Positions 32,220 to 46,939 of a stretch of DNA of 64,000 nucleotides are shown here, one piece after another. The stretch lies in the NCBI RefSeq assembly GCF_009914755.1, contig NC_060947.1; one strand, 5' to 3'. Both the position numbers and the translations under genes were made by a program. The stretch comes from the human T2T-CHM13v2.0 reference genome, Homo sapiens. Under the pieces are notes generated by a model. That model had not been told where the DNA came from and made no database searches. It saw nothing but the letters and a program-made list of their open reading frames with translations. How positions within the stretch are numbered: position 1 is the stretch's first letter; every line of letters begins with the position of its first letter.

Positions 32220-33772
32220 TAATAATAATAATAATAATTATTATTATTATTACAAAGAGCTCTTGTAATGAGAGAAGTAACAGAGCTACCTCCATTTTGA
32301 GAAACAAACAAGCAAAGGGTTCAGGGAGCACTTACCAGTGCAACAAGTAGCTCAGACATCACAGGACCAAGGCAAAACCTGTCAGGCCCCCCAGGGGCTA
32401 CCATTCCTCTCCCATCTCCAGGCCCTAGCTGCTGAGACTTTCCCACGTTTTTCACACCTTACAATCAATCATGCTTTCACTCATTTCCCCAAGGAAGAAG
32501 ATTCACCATCTTTATTTTGCATATAAATACCTCATTCAGATTTCTACTCATCAGAACTCAGAACAAAGACATCCAGCATAAGATCAGCAAACATAAGCTA
32601 TCTTTCCCTAGGAAAATCCTCTCAAGCCATTGCCGATGAATATATTTTTATCCTAGCCAACCCCTAACGGCACTCTCCTCATATATCTGCCTCTGTCCTC
32701 CTTTCTAGGCAAGCAACAGATGCCATTTAAAAACCTTTCAAGAAGTTCCCCTACTCTTAAAATGATATGTTAAAACAATGTGTTTCCTTTTGGCCACGCT
32801 ATTTTTTTTTTTTTGTAATTTTGAAAATAGTATAAGTTAAAGCCAACAGAAAAAGACATAAAGGGACATATTTTACAGACCTCATCAATTCTCCCCTTAA
32901 AATTTTTTTTTCAATGAGAGACAGGGATATGGAAGACATATGACACACTGTAAGCCTTACTTATCCTGTGGTTTATTTAGGGAATTTTGTGTTTGGAAAA
33001 TGACAGACTTCTGCTTTTAGGTAGACAAATATGAACAACTCACAGAGAAAAACAAGACCACTTATTTCTAGCAAACTTTTATAAAATCAAAATAATTTAG
33101 TGTCTTAATTTTTCTCCATACATGAGTACATACCTATAAATGCCCCGCACTACAAAACTAGCCAAATATCTTTACCCCATCATAAAAAAAGCAGTTCAAT
33201 AGCACCCAGAAGTCACTACTCACAGCTGCTCCACTCACAAAGAAAACTCCAAATGTCGGTGACCCTCAAGAGTGAAACGCCCCACAGCTGGCTTGCTCTG
33301 CATGGACATACCCTTCTCTCTAAGCTAACCTGAAAAGCAAGCTGGATTTGTTTACTGCACAAACATCTGTAATTGCTAAACATCTCTGTGACATGGTGTA
33401 ACAGTTACCGCTTGTGCAAACTGCCCATCTAAATTTCTCTCTGCAATATGAGCACATGAAAACCCAAGACACAGAGAGATTGGAAACATCTGTAAAAATT
33501 AATGGCCAAATTGACCAAAGTGGGAGGGATTAAAACGGCTAAATAGCTCCAGAGTGACATTCAGCTTTAGCAAATAATCCGTATACTTGATAGGTTCCTC
33601 CTCAGCTTATCCATAGCTCCCCTCTGTGGGATCCTAGCTGGCACACACATTGTTTCAACCCACTAATGCAAACCCATTACCCAGTCTTGCTACAAAATGT
33701 TATATACAGATAAGATACAGGTTAACTGGATTTATTACAACTCTAAAAGCAAAAAAAAAAAAAAAGAAATAC

Positions 33773-33784
33773 CTCTTCTCCCAT
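33773..33784 (-). CDS. SH3KBP1: Coding end (MGEE) of the internal alternative first exon of a short SH3KBP1 isoform lacking SH3-A and SH3-B
   Basis: gcatc ATG GGA GAA GAG|gtattt: strong Kozak context (A-3, G+4), in-frame TGA 24 nt upstream, phase 0 compatible with exon 7. An MGEE N-terminus is recalled for a human isoform. Confidence 0.85.
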
Positions 33785-34150
33785 GATGCAGCCAGCCTCC
33801 TCTCTTCAGTTTGAAAAGGTCCCAGAACTCCCCTGGAATCCTCCCACTTCCTTCCAACAGCACGGAGCCTGAGGACCCAGCCTAACCCTGAGTCATACTT
33901 GGGACCAAATGAGGAATGGGGAGAACAAAGCTCGCATTTGTTTATGGTTCAGGAAGCCAGGGCCAATTCATGGCTTGGGTGGCTTCGAGAGAAGTCCTCC
34001 TCCCTCGCCTATGTTGCTGCTGCAATCTGGGCTCCCTCCTGGGGCCCCCAGGTGTGACCATTCGGACAAGGAACACACTGAGGGAGTGTTTATTTGGCAA
34101 GACCTAGTGATCACGTCTGTTTAAAAATGCCAGAGAAGAAATAAAAAGCC
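33785..34150 (-). promoter_or_regulatory. SH3KBP1: 5' UTR and internal promoter of the MGEE isoform (TSS not locatable)
   Basis: Repeat-free and GC-richer than its flanks. AP-1 TGAGTCA 33889-33895, ETS CAGGAAG 33950-33956, forkhead-like TGTTTAT at 33938 and 34087, NFI half-site TTGGCA at 34094. Confidence 0.6.
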
Positions 34151-34282
34151 CACTATCTTTCAACAGATCACATGGCTAGAGAGTGAGGGATATCTAGAAT
34201 ATAGTCTGTATATGACATATCAATCATGAACATGCCTGTATTTTAAATGCAATTAGTTGCACTACACAAAAATTACTCATAA

Positions 34283-34325
34283 ACACACACACACACACAC
34301 ACACACATACACACACACACACACA
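34283..34325. repeat. (CA)n microsatellite upstream of the internal promoter
   Basis: About 21 units with one interruption. Confidence 0.97.
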
Positions 34326-34496
34326 GAAGAAGGAAAAACAGCCGTGGCTTTATGGAAATACTCCCCCTAGGAAAAATACAGCAACATTGCTGCCATGTCA
34401 TCAGGAGCATCCTAACAGGTTGAAATGAAATATTTAAATCACAATTTTGTTCTTTCCCCCAAAAGAGATACCATTTTAATCACCACTTCAATGAAT

Positions 34497-34730
34497 CTAG
34501 AGCGCAGTGGTTAAGTGTTCAAAACTCTGGAGCCGGAGTGTTTGAGATCAAAATCCCAGTTGAGCTACTTCCTGGCTTTGTGATCCTGAACAACTTATTC
34601 AACCTTTGTTCATCTCAGTTTCCTTATCTATAAAATGGGGATAATGGCACCAACCTACAGGGCTGTCTGGAAAATTAAATAATATATGTAAAGTACTTAC
34701 AAAAGTGCTTGGCACACAGTAAATATCATA
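34497..34730. mobile_element. MIR
   Basis: cagtggttaag...ctcagtttccttatctataaaatggggataat...gtgcttggcacacagtaa. Confidence 0.85.
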
Positions 34731-35159
34731 TTAGCCACAATTACAAGTTCAGGACAATTTCACAAATCAGGATGCCAAGTAAACAGTATCCTTATCTTAC
34801 CACATTTCTCATATGCTTAGACTTTGATGACCTGTTTCAGTTAACTATGGTTAATATTTAAATTTTTAATTAAACTAATTTAAAAACCATTTGCTTACTA
34901 TTTATTAACTGCCTGCACTGTATCTAACTCTGTAAGGGGCTTTAAATAAGATGCTGTCCCAGTCCTCAAGAAATTTACAATCTCCTTGGGTAAATAAGAC
35001 ATAAATCTGTTTACTTATCACACACACACACAAATGTAGGTGATGTCACTAGGTAGTAAATGACAAATATAATACAAGTGCTACAGAATTAGCATTTGGA
35101 ATTCAGAGAACAGATAAAAAAAATTCCCTTATCAAAACCCAACTAGGACGGAGGAGAAT

Positions 35160-36135
<976 letters not shown>

Positions 36136-37302
36136 CTAATTAGAAAGATAAACCTGCTGAATGCAAAGGTATATATAAATAAACACATATCTGTGATTTA
36201 TAGCTATACATGTTTATGCCCATGTGTATATCTATGTAAATCTATTTAACAAGGCCCTCTCAACTTCAAATTTAAAAATTGTCTCTATCTTCTTAGCCTA
36301 TCTATTAATGAAGATAGTAGAATGCTGACTCCTGGCTTTTTCATTCCCAAAATACACAAAAGAATTTTCTTTGAAAGGAAACTTGGCTCTTTTGTCAGTG
36401 TTGCTGCCAACCCAGGCAACGGCGATCCAGCTTAAAGAGTGTGCATGAGGTGGGCCCATCTGCCCCTTTCCAAGAGCTACTAGAAGTTCCTGGTGCCTGG
36501 CCAATTAGTCATCGACCATGGAGCCCCGGGGCTGGCAAGTCTCCCAGCTACTTCCTCTCCCATCTCCAGTCCACATTCCTCAGCACCTCCCCAGTTATCT
36601 CTCTAAAGTATAAATCTGATCATGCTGCTGCCCAACTGAACTCCTTCACCAACTTGCCCACCCACCCAGAAGAAGGGCAGCTTGTGAGTGGGCTGGCAGA
36701 GCCCTGCAGGAAGAGGCACCACCTCCCCTTCAGCTGCCCACTTCCTCCACTACCACCACCACAGCCCCTGCACCCCAGCCCAACCCACCTCTTCCTTCAA
36801 CATACTCATGCTCACTCCTTGTCCACATGCACACTGCTAGTACCATGAATTCCCAACGTCTTTTAACACCTTGCTCAAATACCACATTCCTTAAAAAGAG
36901 ACCAAGGATATCCCATCCCTTCCTTCTTGACCTGGAGGAAAGTTAGTAGTTTCTTCCTTTCTATTCTCATTGATGCTTTGGACATGCGTCTGCTAGTCTT
37001 TCCCCTTACATTATAATGACTTTTATACATACCCCCTTTCTCTCCAATGTAGGGACAATCCAAAGCATTAAATGAGAAACCTGTATATGACAGCTGATCC
37101 AAGGTGTGACTTAGGGTAGGAGGTGTTAACTCCATTCCGATGAACCACACCAGATCTGCTCCACCCCAAATAAATAACCTGTCAGGTTAAAAAAAAACCG
37201 CACTTACTATGCAAATACAACATCTAGACATGCCATTTAGCCAATCCCTTTCCAAATGGATTGCCACCCCTTTGTTCATTTACATACAAATCCCAGAGAT
37301 AC

Positions 37303-37376
37303 CACTGCTAATCCATAAAAGGCATTCAATAAAGCTTCACACTGCTGATCCATAAAAGGCATTCAATAAAGCTTCA
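37303..37376. repeat. 37-bp tandem duplication with one mismatch, at an L2-like 3' end
   Basis: cactgct(a/g)atccataaaaggcattcaataaagcttca twice. Confidence 0.95.
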
Positions 37377-37611
37377 GTGAATGAATGAATGAGTGAATTA
37401 ATGAACAAATGGAAGAGTGAATCTTAGCTAGACCACAAGCAGATCCCAACCAGAATTGGATTAGCACAAAACAGTATCTTCATTCATCCAGTCCACAAAT
37501 ATTTACTGAGGGCCAACTATCATTTGACAACTATTTTCATAAACTGTAAATGGTGACTAACACAGACAAGGTCCCAAATTATGGCACTTACTTTCTAGTG
37601 GCTGACATTTA

Positions 37612-38602
<991 letters not shown>

Positions 38603-39263
38603 AACCACTATACTCTTAACACAATTTGAAAACCTTCTGGGAATATGATTCTTGGTGACAATCTGGCTGCAACTAAATATTTCTTAGAAAATACGCTAGG
38701 CTGAGTGTTTTAGAAAGTTCACATCAAACATATATAAAACAGAAAGCAGCACCCAACATGACAAAGAATAATCCTGTAATACTGGTTCACTGTTTCTGTT
38801 TCCCTTTCCCTACCAACTCCCCTCCTCCTTCCTTACTTTTTCCAGATCAGGAAACAAAACTGAGACACTCTGAGGAGAGAGAAGCCAAAGTCTGAAAATC
38901 CCAAACACTTCATTCAACCCAGGCAACCAGTGGGCATCTTAATACCATCTGCTCATTAAAAACCACAGGTTTTCCAACAACTCAAGAGACACAATCTTAT
39001 TTTTCAACCAAAACGAGGGACAGCCAATACTCTAGGTCTCAGATAATCACAACAAGGTTTTGACCCTTGTGTTTAATTAGTCAAAGAGTATATATCTCAT
39101 TAGCTTCTGGAGTTCTCTAGAGCTTATTTCTAGTCTTCAAAGGATTAGGACATAGATCTCTCATTTTTAAGGAACTAAGATCATCACCTTATTGACATGT
39201 TTTAATTTTATATGATTATGCAGCTTAATAAATTTTTACTAGAATGGATAAAAAGACTACCTG

Positions 39264-39558
39264 GGTGGGGGCTGGGTGGGAGGCGGGGATGGTTAATGCG
39301 TACATAAAAAATAGAAAGAATGAATAAGACCTACTGTTTGGTAGCACAACAGGATTACTATAGTCAATAATAATTGCACATTTTAAAATAACTTAAAGAG
39401 TATAATTTTATTGTTTATAACTCAACGGATAAATGCTTGAGGGGATGGATACCCCATTCTCCATGATGTGCTTATTTCACAGTGCATGCCTGTATCAAAA
39501 CATCTCATGTGCCACATAAATACACCTATTATGTACCCACAAAAATTAAATACAAAAA
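39264..39558 (+). mobile_element. 5'-truncated L1MA-type 3' end
   Basis: Same family as 7095-7446; clean TSD aaaagactacctg on both sides. Confidence 0.9.
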
Positions 39559-41149
39559 AAAAGACTACCTGAGATACGTATGAAAATACTTAAATTCTCT
39601 TACTGTAATTTGGCTAATTAAAAACTTGATTAGTCACTCTCATTTATACACAATTTTAATTCTAATTATCTGTCCCAAGTAAAAGCTACAATGTGGATAC
39701 CATAAAGGCATTAATTTGGGTGACTATAATTCTATAAATGAGATTCAAGATGACAAGAGTTGAAAAAGAGGCTGTTACAAACACAACGCCTTGTAGAAAG
39801 TGTAGACAGAATTCAAGAGAGAGATGTCAGAAGTCACTAACGGAAATCAGCTAAGACAGGAAGACCATGGGAAAGAAGCTTCTTGAAAGATTTCTCCGCA
39901 GGGAATCCAGTAAACAACCAACCTGGCAAACCATTCAGTTTAGAAATCTTTCCAGTAAGGCAAAAAAGACTACTTTTTCCAATAATTAAGTGGGCCAAGA
40001 CTGGTAGTGCCTAAAGAGCTAGGACACGGAATGAGCTGGCACCAAAAACCCAGCATTATTCTATATAAAGCCATGTCAGGTTAGGTCCTGAGACTCACTC
40101 GAGTATCTGTAACTTACCTATCCATGTGTAATACCTGACACTCCTTTCCCTAAGTGGTTGGTCAGAAGTGATCATCTAAGTGACTCATAAAAAGGGAAGG
40201 AGTTTAGAAACAGAGAGTAGGGCCAGACTGGGGTCACAGGAAAATAGCCTGATGAAGAAATTCCCTCTCAGGTCCACAGGTGGGAGACAGAGGTACCACC
40301 TGTATTCATGAGAATACAGTCTCGTCTGGGCTTGCCTTCTTGCTCAGAGTCTTCCAGCCCAATCTCTAGGCTGATGACTCTGAAACCTACATTTACAGTT
40401 CTCTCCCAATCACCAGACTTATGTATCCATCTGCCTGCTGGATGTCTCTACTTGATACAGTCCCACAAGAACTTCCAAATCCAGCTAGTCTAACCCATGT
40501 CCTTCCTCCCCAAATATCTTCTCTCTCCACTGTTTTCTAATCAGAAAATAGTACTCAGCTGCTTAAGCCAGTTGCCGAAGGCACAATCTTCAAGTCCTCC
40601 CTCTTCTTTATCCCCCACATACTATCAAACTTGATTCTATCTTCAAAATATTTCCCCAAACCATCCATTTCTCTCCATGACAATAGTTCAAGCTGTTAAT
40701 ACATCCCTTACCTTGATGTCCCCTTCTATGTAAAGAAATTCAAATGGACACTCTCTGGACACAATTAGACACTCCTGCCGTTCTCTTCCCCTTTATGTTT
40801 CCTTCCCTGGGAGAGTGAAATTACTTATCTGATAGGTGAATTTAAGAAAAATATACTGGGCGTGCTCAGCTTAGCTCTTCTCTTTCCTCCTCTTGGAAGT
40901 CAGCCTTCTCTGCTGTTCCTCAAGGGGCAGGTCTTTCTATCTCACATTGGCCTGAGTTAGTCCAATGTTGCTGAGATTGTGTGGGCAAATCTGTCTAATT
41001 CTGGGAATCAGCTGGCAGGCCCATTTGCCTCTCACACTAATCTATACCTTCCAACTTTGCCTTCATCAGTAATGACACTGAAATAAAACGTATGCACAGA
41101 GAGATCACAAATCATAAGTGTTCAGCTTGAGAACATTTCACAAAATAAA

Positions 41150-41545
41150 ACATAATCTATACAAATAGAGGGATATACCATGTTCATGAATTAGAAAGGT
41201 ACCAATTGTCATCAAAAGTGTCTATAGATTCAATGCAATCTCAATCAAAATTCCAGGAGGTTTTTTTTTTTTTTTATGATGATGGGGGATTGACAAACTG
41301 ATTCTAAAATTTAAATTAAAATGCAAAGGGCCAAGAACAGCTTAGGTAATCTTGAAGAGGAATACATAGGCAGCATAGAATGGGCACAAGGAAAAAAAGA
41401 CCAACAGAACAGAGTCCAGAAATAGGCCCACTTATATATAGCCACTTAGGTTATGACTAAGGTGATAGGGCTGTGCAGTGTAGAAAGGATAATCTTTTCA
41501 ATAAACAGTGCTGGGTCAACTGGATATCTATAATGAAAAAAAAAT
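41150..41545 (+). mobile_element. Old L1 ORF2 fragment
   Basis: tatagattcaatgcaatctcaatcaaaattcca...acaaactgattctaaaattt. Confidence 0.75.
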
Positions 41546-41689
41546 CAGCAAAATATTTTGATTATCCATTCACTCACTCATCTAATTAATTAACTGGTTT
41601 AGAACCTAGATTTGGAGTGGGGGGCTATTTATCAGGAAAGCCAGTATGTTTCTGTTACCTCTCTTCTGAATTTTACTCACCCTGTCTTC

Positions 41690-42260
41690 TGTAATCCACT
41701 CCCCACACTGCAGTTGGAATACTTTCGCTAAACCACCTATCTGATCGTGTCACTCTCTTGCTTAAAACACTTTGATAGTTTCCCATTGCTCTCAAGATCA
41801 AGTCCAACTCCCTAACGAGTCTCACAAGACTCTTCATGATCTGGGCCCTGCTTCTTTCCCCGCTTCCTGCTGGAGCCTCTACACATCATCTGTGCTATCT
41901 CTTTCCCTCTTCAGGGCATTTATAGATATTGCTCTCCCTACCTTAATAACTCTACGCCTACTGGACCCATGGTTTTCAGCCTAAACATCACTTCCTGTAG
42001 GAAGCTGGTACACACACACATGAACGGACACACACCTTCCAGCCTCCCTAACAACTTACCACTTCCTGCCATGCCTGAGGGCTCCTACAGCACAACACTG
42101 TGTTCTCAGCCTGATTATGGCATTTCCTATACTCTATTATTATTGTTTATTTACTTTTCTGTAGCTCCCTGAGGGCAGTGACCTGGTCTCCCTCACGACT
42201 GTATCCTCAGTACTGAGCATATTTAGTGAGCACTCAATACATGCTAGTTGAAATGAGTCA
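41690..42260 (+). mobile_element. L2 3' region
   Basis: tgtagctccctgagggcag...gagcactcaatacatgctagttgaaatga. Confidence 0.7.
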
Positions 42261-42996
42261 TATTTAGAAAGTATTTTCAGGTATATATTTTTTAAGTCCT
42301 GTGAGGTAAGATAGGTAAAAAAAAGTATTCCCATTTTACAGATGGCCCAGCTGAGGCCAACTTCATCGAGGTCAATCAGCTAGGATGAAGGTACTATGGC
42401 CCTATGATTTTCTAAGGTGTAACCTGGTTCATCTATAGCCATATAGCATTTTCCATTATTTTGATACAGCACATACTTACATCTGAGCTTGGTTTAAATG
42501 GTACATGTTTCTCCAAGGTTCTTCCCCACCCCCCTTTAACCTTTTATCAAGGGAAATTTCCAACATACACAAAAATAGAGTGTGATGAACCCCCATGTAT
42601 ACACCATCCAGTTTCAACAAATACCAACTCATGATCAATGTCTCCTCTATGCCCCACTCTTTCATCTTCTGGACTATAGGAAGCAAGTCCCAGACATTAA
42701 ATCAACTCAGCTGTAAATATTTCAGTTAAATGGTACATTCAGCAAATCATTCGGAGACATATCCACTTGGTGGTATTTAAAAGATTCATAAACGGAATCC
42801 TTCCTTATAGCCTGATAAGAGAAACAAGAATACCTACATGAACTATTTATCTATTCACAGTTGGTGGAGGGATGTTATACAATATCTCTCCTGGTGTATA
42901 ATCTAATCATTAACTCTGGGTAGGGTAATATAGATTAAAATATAAGATAAGCACAAGATTATCTACTGACTCAGACAAGTGGATCTTAATATTTCA

Positions 42997-43312
<316 letters not shown>

Positions 43313-43892
43313 ACTTCACAAACCTGAACGAAAAGTATAATATGATGCTCACAGCTGTTAATAATGGTCAGATTCCCTTTTTCCCTCATCCAAGTTATCA
43401 AGCCAGACATTTCAGAAGGCCAACTGTCGCAGCCTGAGCAGACCTACTTGAGCCTCACCTACTGAATGCTATCACGCAAGATCCAATTTACACTTCTAAA
43501 AATGAAAACAGTGAGCTCAATTCTCAAAGGAAGCTTTCTTCCTTAGACATAAATCTTAGACACATAACCATCTCAAAAGTGATGAAAACCAGGTTGTATG
43601 CTAATAAAACAGAATCACACTTATCGGCTTTTGTGCCAGGTTGTACAATAACATGATAGATCCATAAATCTATGCAACTATCCATGGCGCCAACAACATG
43701 GGGTGGAGATAGTTTCAAATCCTCTTAGATGTTGTAAAAATTGTCCACACCCAGAAAGCAGGCTAGGAAGTTTATGTTTTCCCCAGAGGCTCCACATGAG
43801 AAATGGGTTTAGGGAGCTTCCAGCACATGGTTTCATTCTGCAGACAAATCAGGAATCAAGATGCATACACGAATGCGTACACACACACAAAT

Positions 43893-44123
43893 GTCAAATA
43901 TCCCTATCTGAAATGCTTGGGACCAGAAGTGTTTTGGATTTCAGATTTTTTTTTTTCTTTTTGCATTGTGGAGTATCAGCAGAATGCATCCAGGTTGAGC
44001 ATCCCTAATCCAAAAATCCGAAATCCAAAATGCTCCGATGAACATTTACTTTGAGAATCATATTGGTGCCCAATAAGTTTCGATTTTGTAGCATTTTGGA
44101 TTTTGGATTAGGGATGTTCAACG
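43893..44123. mobile_element. Tigger4a/MER46A-like DNA transposon
   Basis: caggttgagcatccctaatccaaaaatccgaaatccaaaatgctcc with inverted ttttggattagggatgttcaac. Confidence 0.8.
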
Positions 44124-44332
44124 CACTTGCGCACACACATATATGTGTCTGATGAAGTTAACACTTCATGGCACCAATATCAATGCAATAAATGAACTAT
44201 CTGCTTCACAGAGGTGCAGTGAACTATACAATTGATATATTTTCAACTACACAAGTGCTATATTATCTCACCCAATACTCTCATTCTAGAGATGTCTGTA
44301 ATCTCTAAAGTGCAGCATTTATATTTTAATAT

Positions 44333-45145
44333 TATTCATTCAACAATATTTATTGAGCACCTACAATGTGCCATGCACTGTTCTAAGCACATAGAATAGA
44401 TTAGCAAACAAAATAAGTGACATATATAACAAAAATAAATCTGTTAGAAGATGGTATGTGCCACAGAGAACAAAATATTTAGTACCAGGAAGGGGGATGG
44501 GGTGAGGTTTCTGCTAAGATAGCAGGGAGGAAAGGGAGGCAGCCAAGTGGGCAGGTAGATGCAGAGTGGCCCAGGCTGAGGAGACCATTGCAGCAAATGC
44601 CCCCTGTAGGAGTGTGCATGGCATGTCTGAGGAAGAGCAAGGACCCAGAACGAAGAAAGTGAAGGGAGAGCAGTGGGGGAGGAAGTCCCAGCAGTAACGA
44701 GGGTCGGGTCTCACTTTTTTTCTCAGGAAAGCCTTGGTAGGGGTGTGAGCAGATGAGTAGCATGATGTGACTTGGGTTTTCAAAGGTTCTCCCTGGCTTC
44801 GCTCTTAAGACTAAACTCCAGGGGGATGGGGAGAGGCAGAAATCCCTATTAAGGAGCAGTGGAAGTGATGAGACCTAGGTGGATGATGGACATATTTAGG
44901 AGGCAGAGCTGAGAGAAAGAGCCAGGGACAACCTGAGGGTTTCTGTCCTGAGCGATAGGAGTGGGAGATGGCGCTGCCTTCAACTGAGATGGGGAAAGCT
45001 GTGGGTAGAGCAGTTGGAGGAGGACGATGAGTTCAGGTTTAGGCAAACGGATATGAATTTAAGATCTTCAAGTGGAGATACTGAAGTAAGCAGGCAGTTG
45101 GACATACAGCTCTGAGGTTCAGGAAAGAAATGTGCTGAGATAAAA
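44333..45145 (-). mobile_element. L2
   Basis: attcattcaacaatatttattgagcacctacaatgtgcc...gcagttggacatac. Confidence 0.85.
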
Positions 45146-45241
45146 ACTTTCAAGTATTATATTTGACATTGACATTGCTATCAACAGTAACTCAATTTAT
45201 TATTGGCAGCTAAAACTAATATTAATAGCAATAATAAGAGT

Positions 45242-45244
<3 letters not shown>

Positions 45245-45289
<45 letters not shown>
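45245..45289. repeat. (CA)22 microsatellite, read as a UG repeat in the SH3KBP1 pre-mRNA
   Basis: 45-nt pure dinucleotide run. Confidence 0.98.
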
Positions 45290-45291
<2 letters not shown>

Positions 45292-46733
45292 CCTCCTACA
45301 CAAAGAAGATAAAGGCCAGGAATCATAAAACAAACAAAAGGAATGAACTGTTTGCTGACTGAGTCAATGGTCGTTTTCACTTCAACCACTTGAATAAAAG
45401 AAGAAAAACTGCATCCAGTGTTCCTTTCCAAGATGGGGACTTGCTCTTTTGTAAATGTTCACAGGAATCTGAATGTGACCATATGCAACAGAAGTGAGCT
45501 CAAGAGCTGGGACACTAGTTTTCAGATCTTGAAAAATATCATATATTGATTGCTGAAAGGAACAATGCTGACTCAAAGAAACTTCAACATTGAAAAAAAA
45601 AGTTTAAATGAAACGGTTTTTAATTTCTAGGTATCTGCCCTTTCTGCCTGACTCATCTCTAGAGGGATTCAGTGTTCGAAAAGTTTCCTTTTCAGATTCT
45701 GCTTCTAATGCATGATGACACTGGGCAAGGTTGCTGAGGGCGGGTGGAGGGGTGGATGTCCTACAGCTGCAGAAGATGATGCAACCTTTAAAATGTTATC
45801 CCACCAAAAAAAAAAAAAAAGAAAGAAAAAAAAACAACAACACTTAAAAGCCACCCATAAACCTGAATTAGAGAGGTTGCCAATACCCCGTCCCCCAAAT
45901 CTGCTGGCACAAATGTCAAAGCAAAAATTTCAGCACTAAATCGAATTAACAAACATGCCTTAAGCACAGCACGAGAGTAGCTTATTATAATTTGGAAAAT
46001 TCCACAGTATTTATCAACTCCTAAGCAAGGCTACAATGCTCAGAAGTATACCACAGTAGACGTCATCGGCAGCCACAAGCGCGAGGGCTCTGGGTGTGTT
46101 GCTGTGGTAACCGCGTACTCAGCAGCAACATGCTGCCTGCCTCTCACTAGCCCAGAACCAGAGGCAGAAGGAAACAGCCAGCTTCCTGAAGGGAACAACC
46201 CAGGGAGTCACAGCACAGGCCATCTCCATCATTCACACCTGCGGGAGACTTCCTTTCAACAGTCTGAAATTATCTCCAACTAACTCTTAGAGAAAAGGTG
46301 CACAATTCCTTCACTCTAGTGCAGAACCACAGTCAGCACACCCAAGCACAAAGCACTAGAGAAATGTACAAGGAGCGGAGAGAGATTGGCCAGTGTCTGA
46401 AAAGTGTCAGGGTCATGCACTTAGGCGGGTCCAGGAATGAGGGGTTTTTCTGGGAAGCAGATAGAGAAGTACTGGTCCATTTCCAAAGTCATCCTGAGAA
46501 GCATTCCCTAGAGAGATCAGCAAGAAAGAAAGCAGCAAACTAGAGCATGAGCCTTTTGAGGGAAGTCGTTCCCACACAGAGGGAGAGCTAAAAAAGAAGA
46601 CAGGACAAACAACTAGTACATGAGGACATGGAAACCCTAAAAGAGGAATTGGAAGCCTCCAGCACCAAACCCCACAACGTACTTTTGGATATTCCACATT
46701 AAGTTGAAATCAAATAGAAACTGTCGAACATAC

Positions 46734-46939
46734 CTTTTCTACCGGCAGAAAGTCATTTTCTACTTCAATTGACCTTGGTCTTAGTTTGATTGGCTTGTCT
46801 TTGAAAATGTCTCCAAAGCCCACTCCCTTAACTTTCTTGGGCTGGATTGCTGCAGTTGCCACTGTCCCGTTGGCACCTTCAGACTTGGTGCTGCTTGAGT
46901 CACCCCCATCACTCTCGGAGCCTGTGGTTTCCCTTAAAC
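46734..46939 (-). CDS. SH3KBP1: SH3KBP1 constitutive exon (exon 6), 206 nt, linker region
   Basis: cactcttgacag|GT TTA AGG GAA ACC...GTA GAA AAG|gtatgt. Translates (S)[12 protein letters not shown]...[30 protein letters not shown]. Phase 1 to 0. Confidence 0.98.

Noticed and set aside
32334-32378. Strong donor CTG|gtaagt with an upstream AG
   Set aside because: The acceptor is preceded by a G run rather than a pyrimidine tract, so no exon can be supported.
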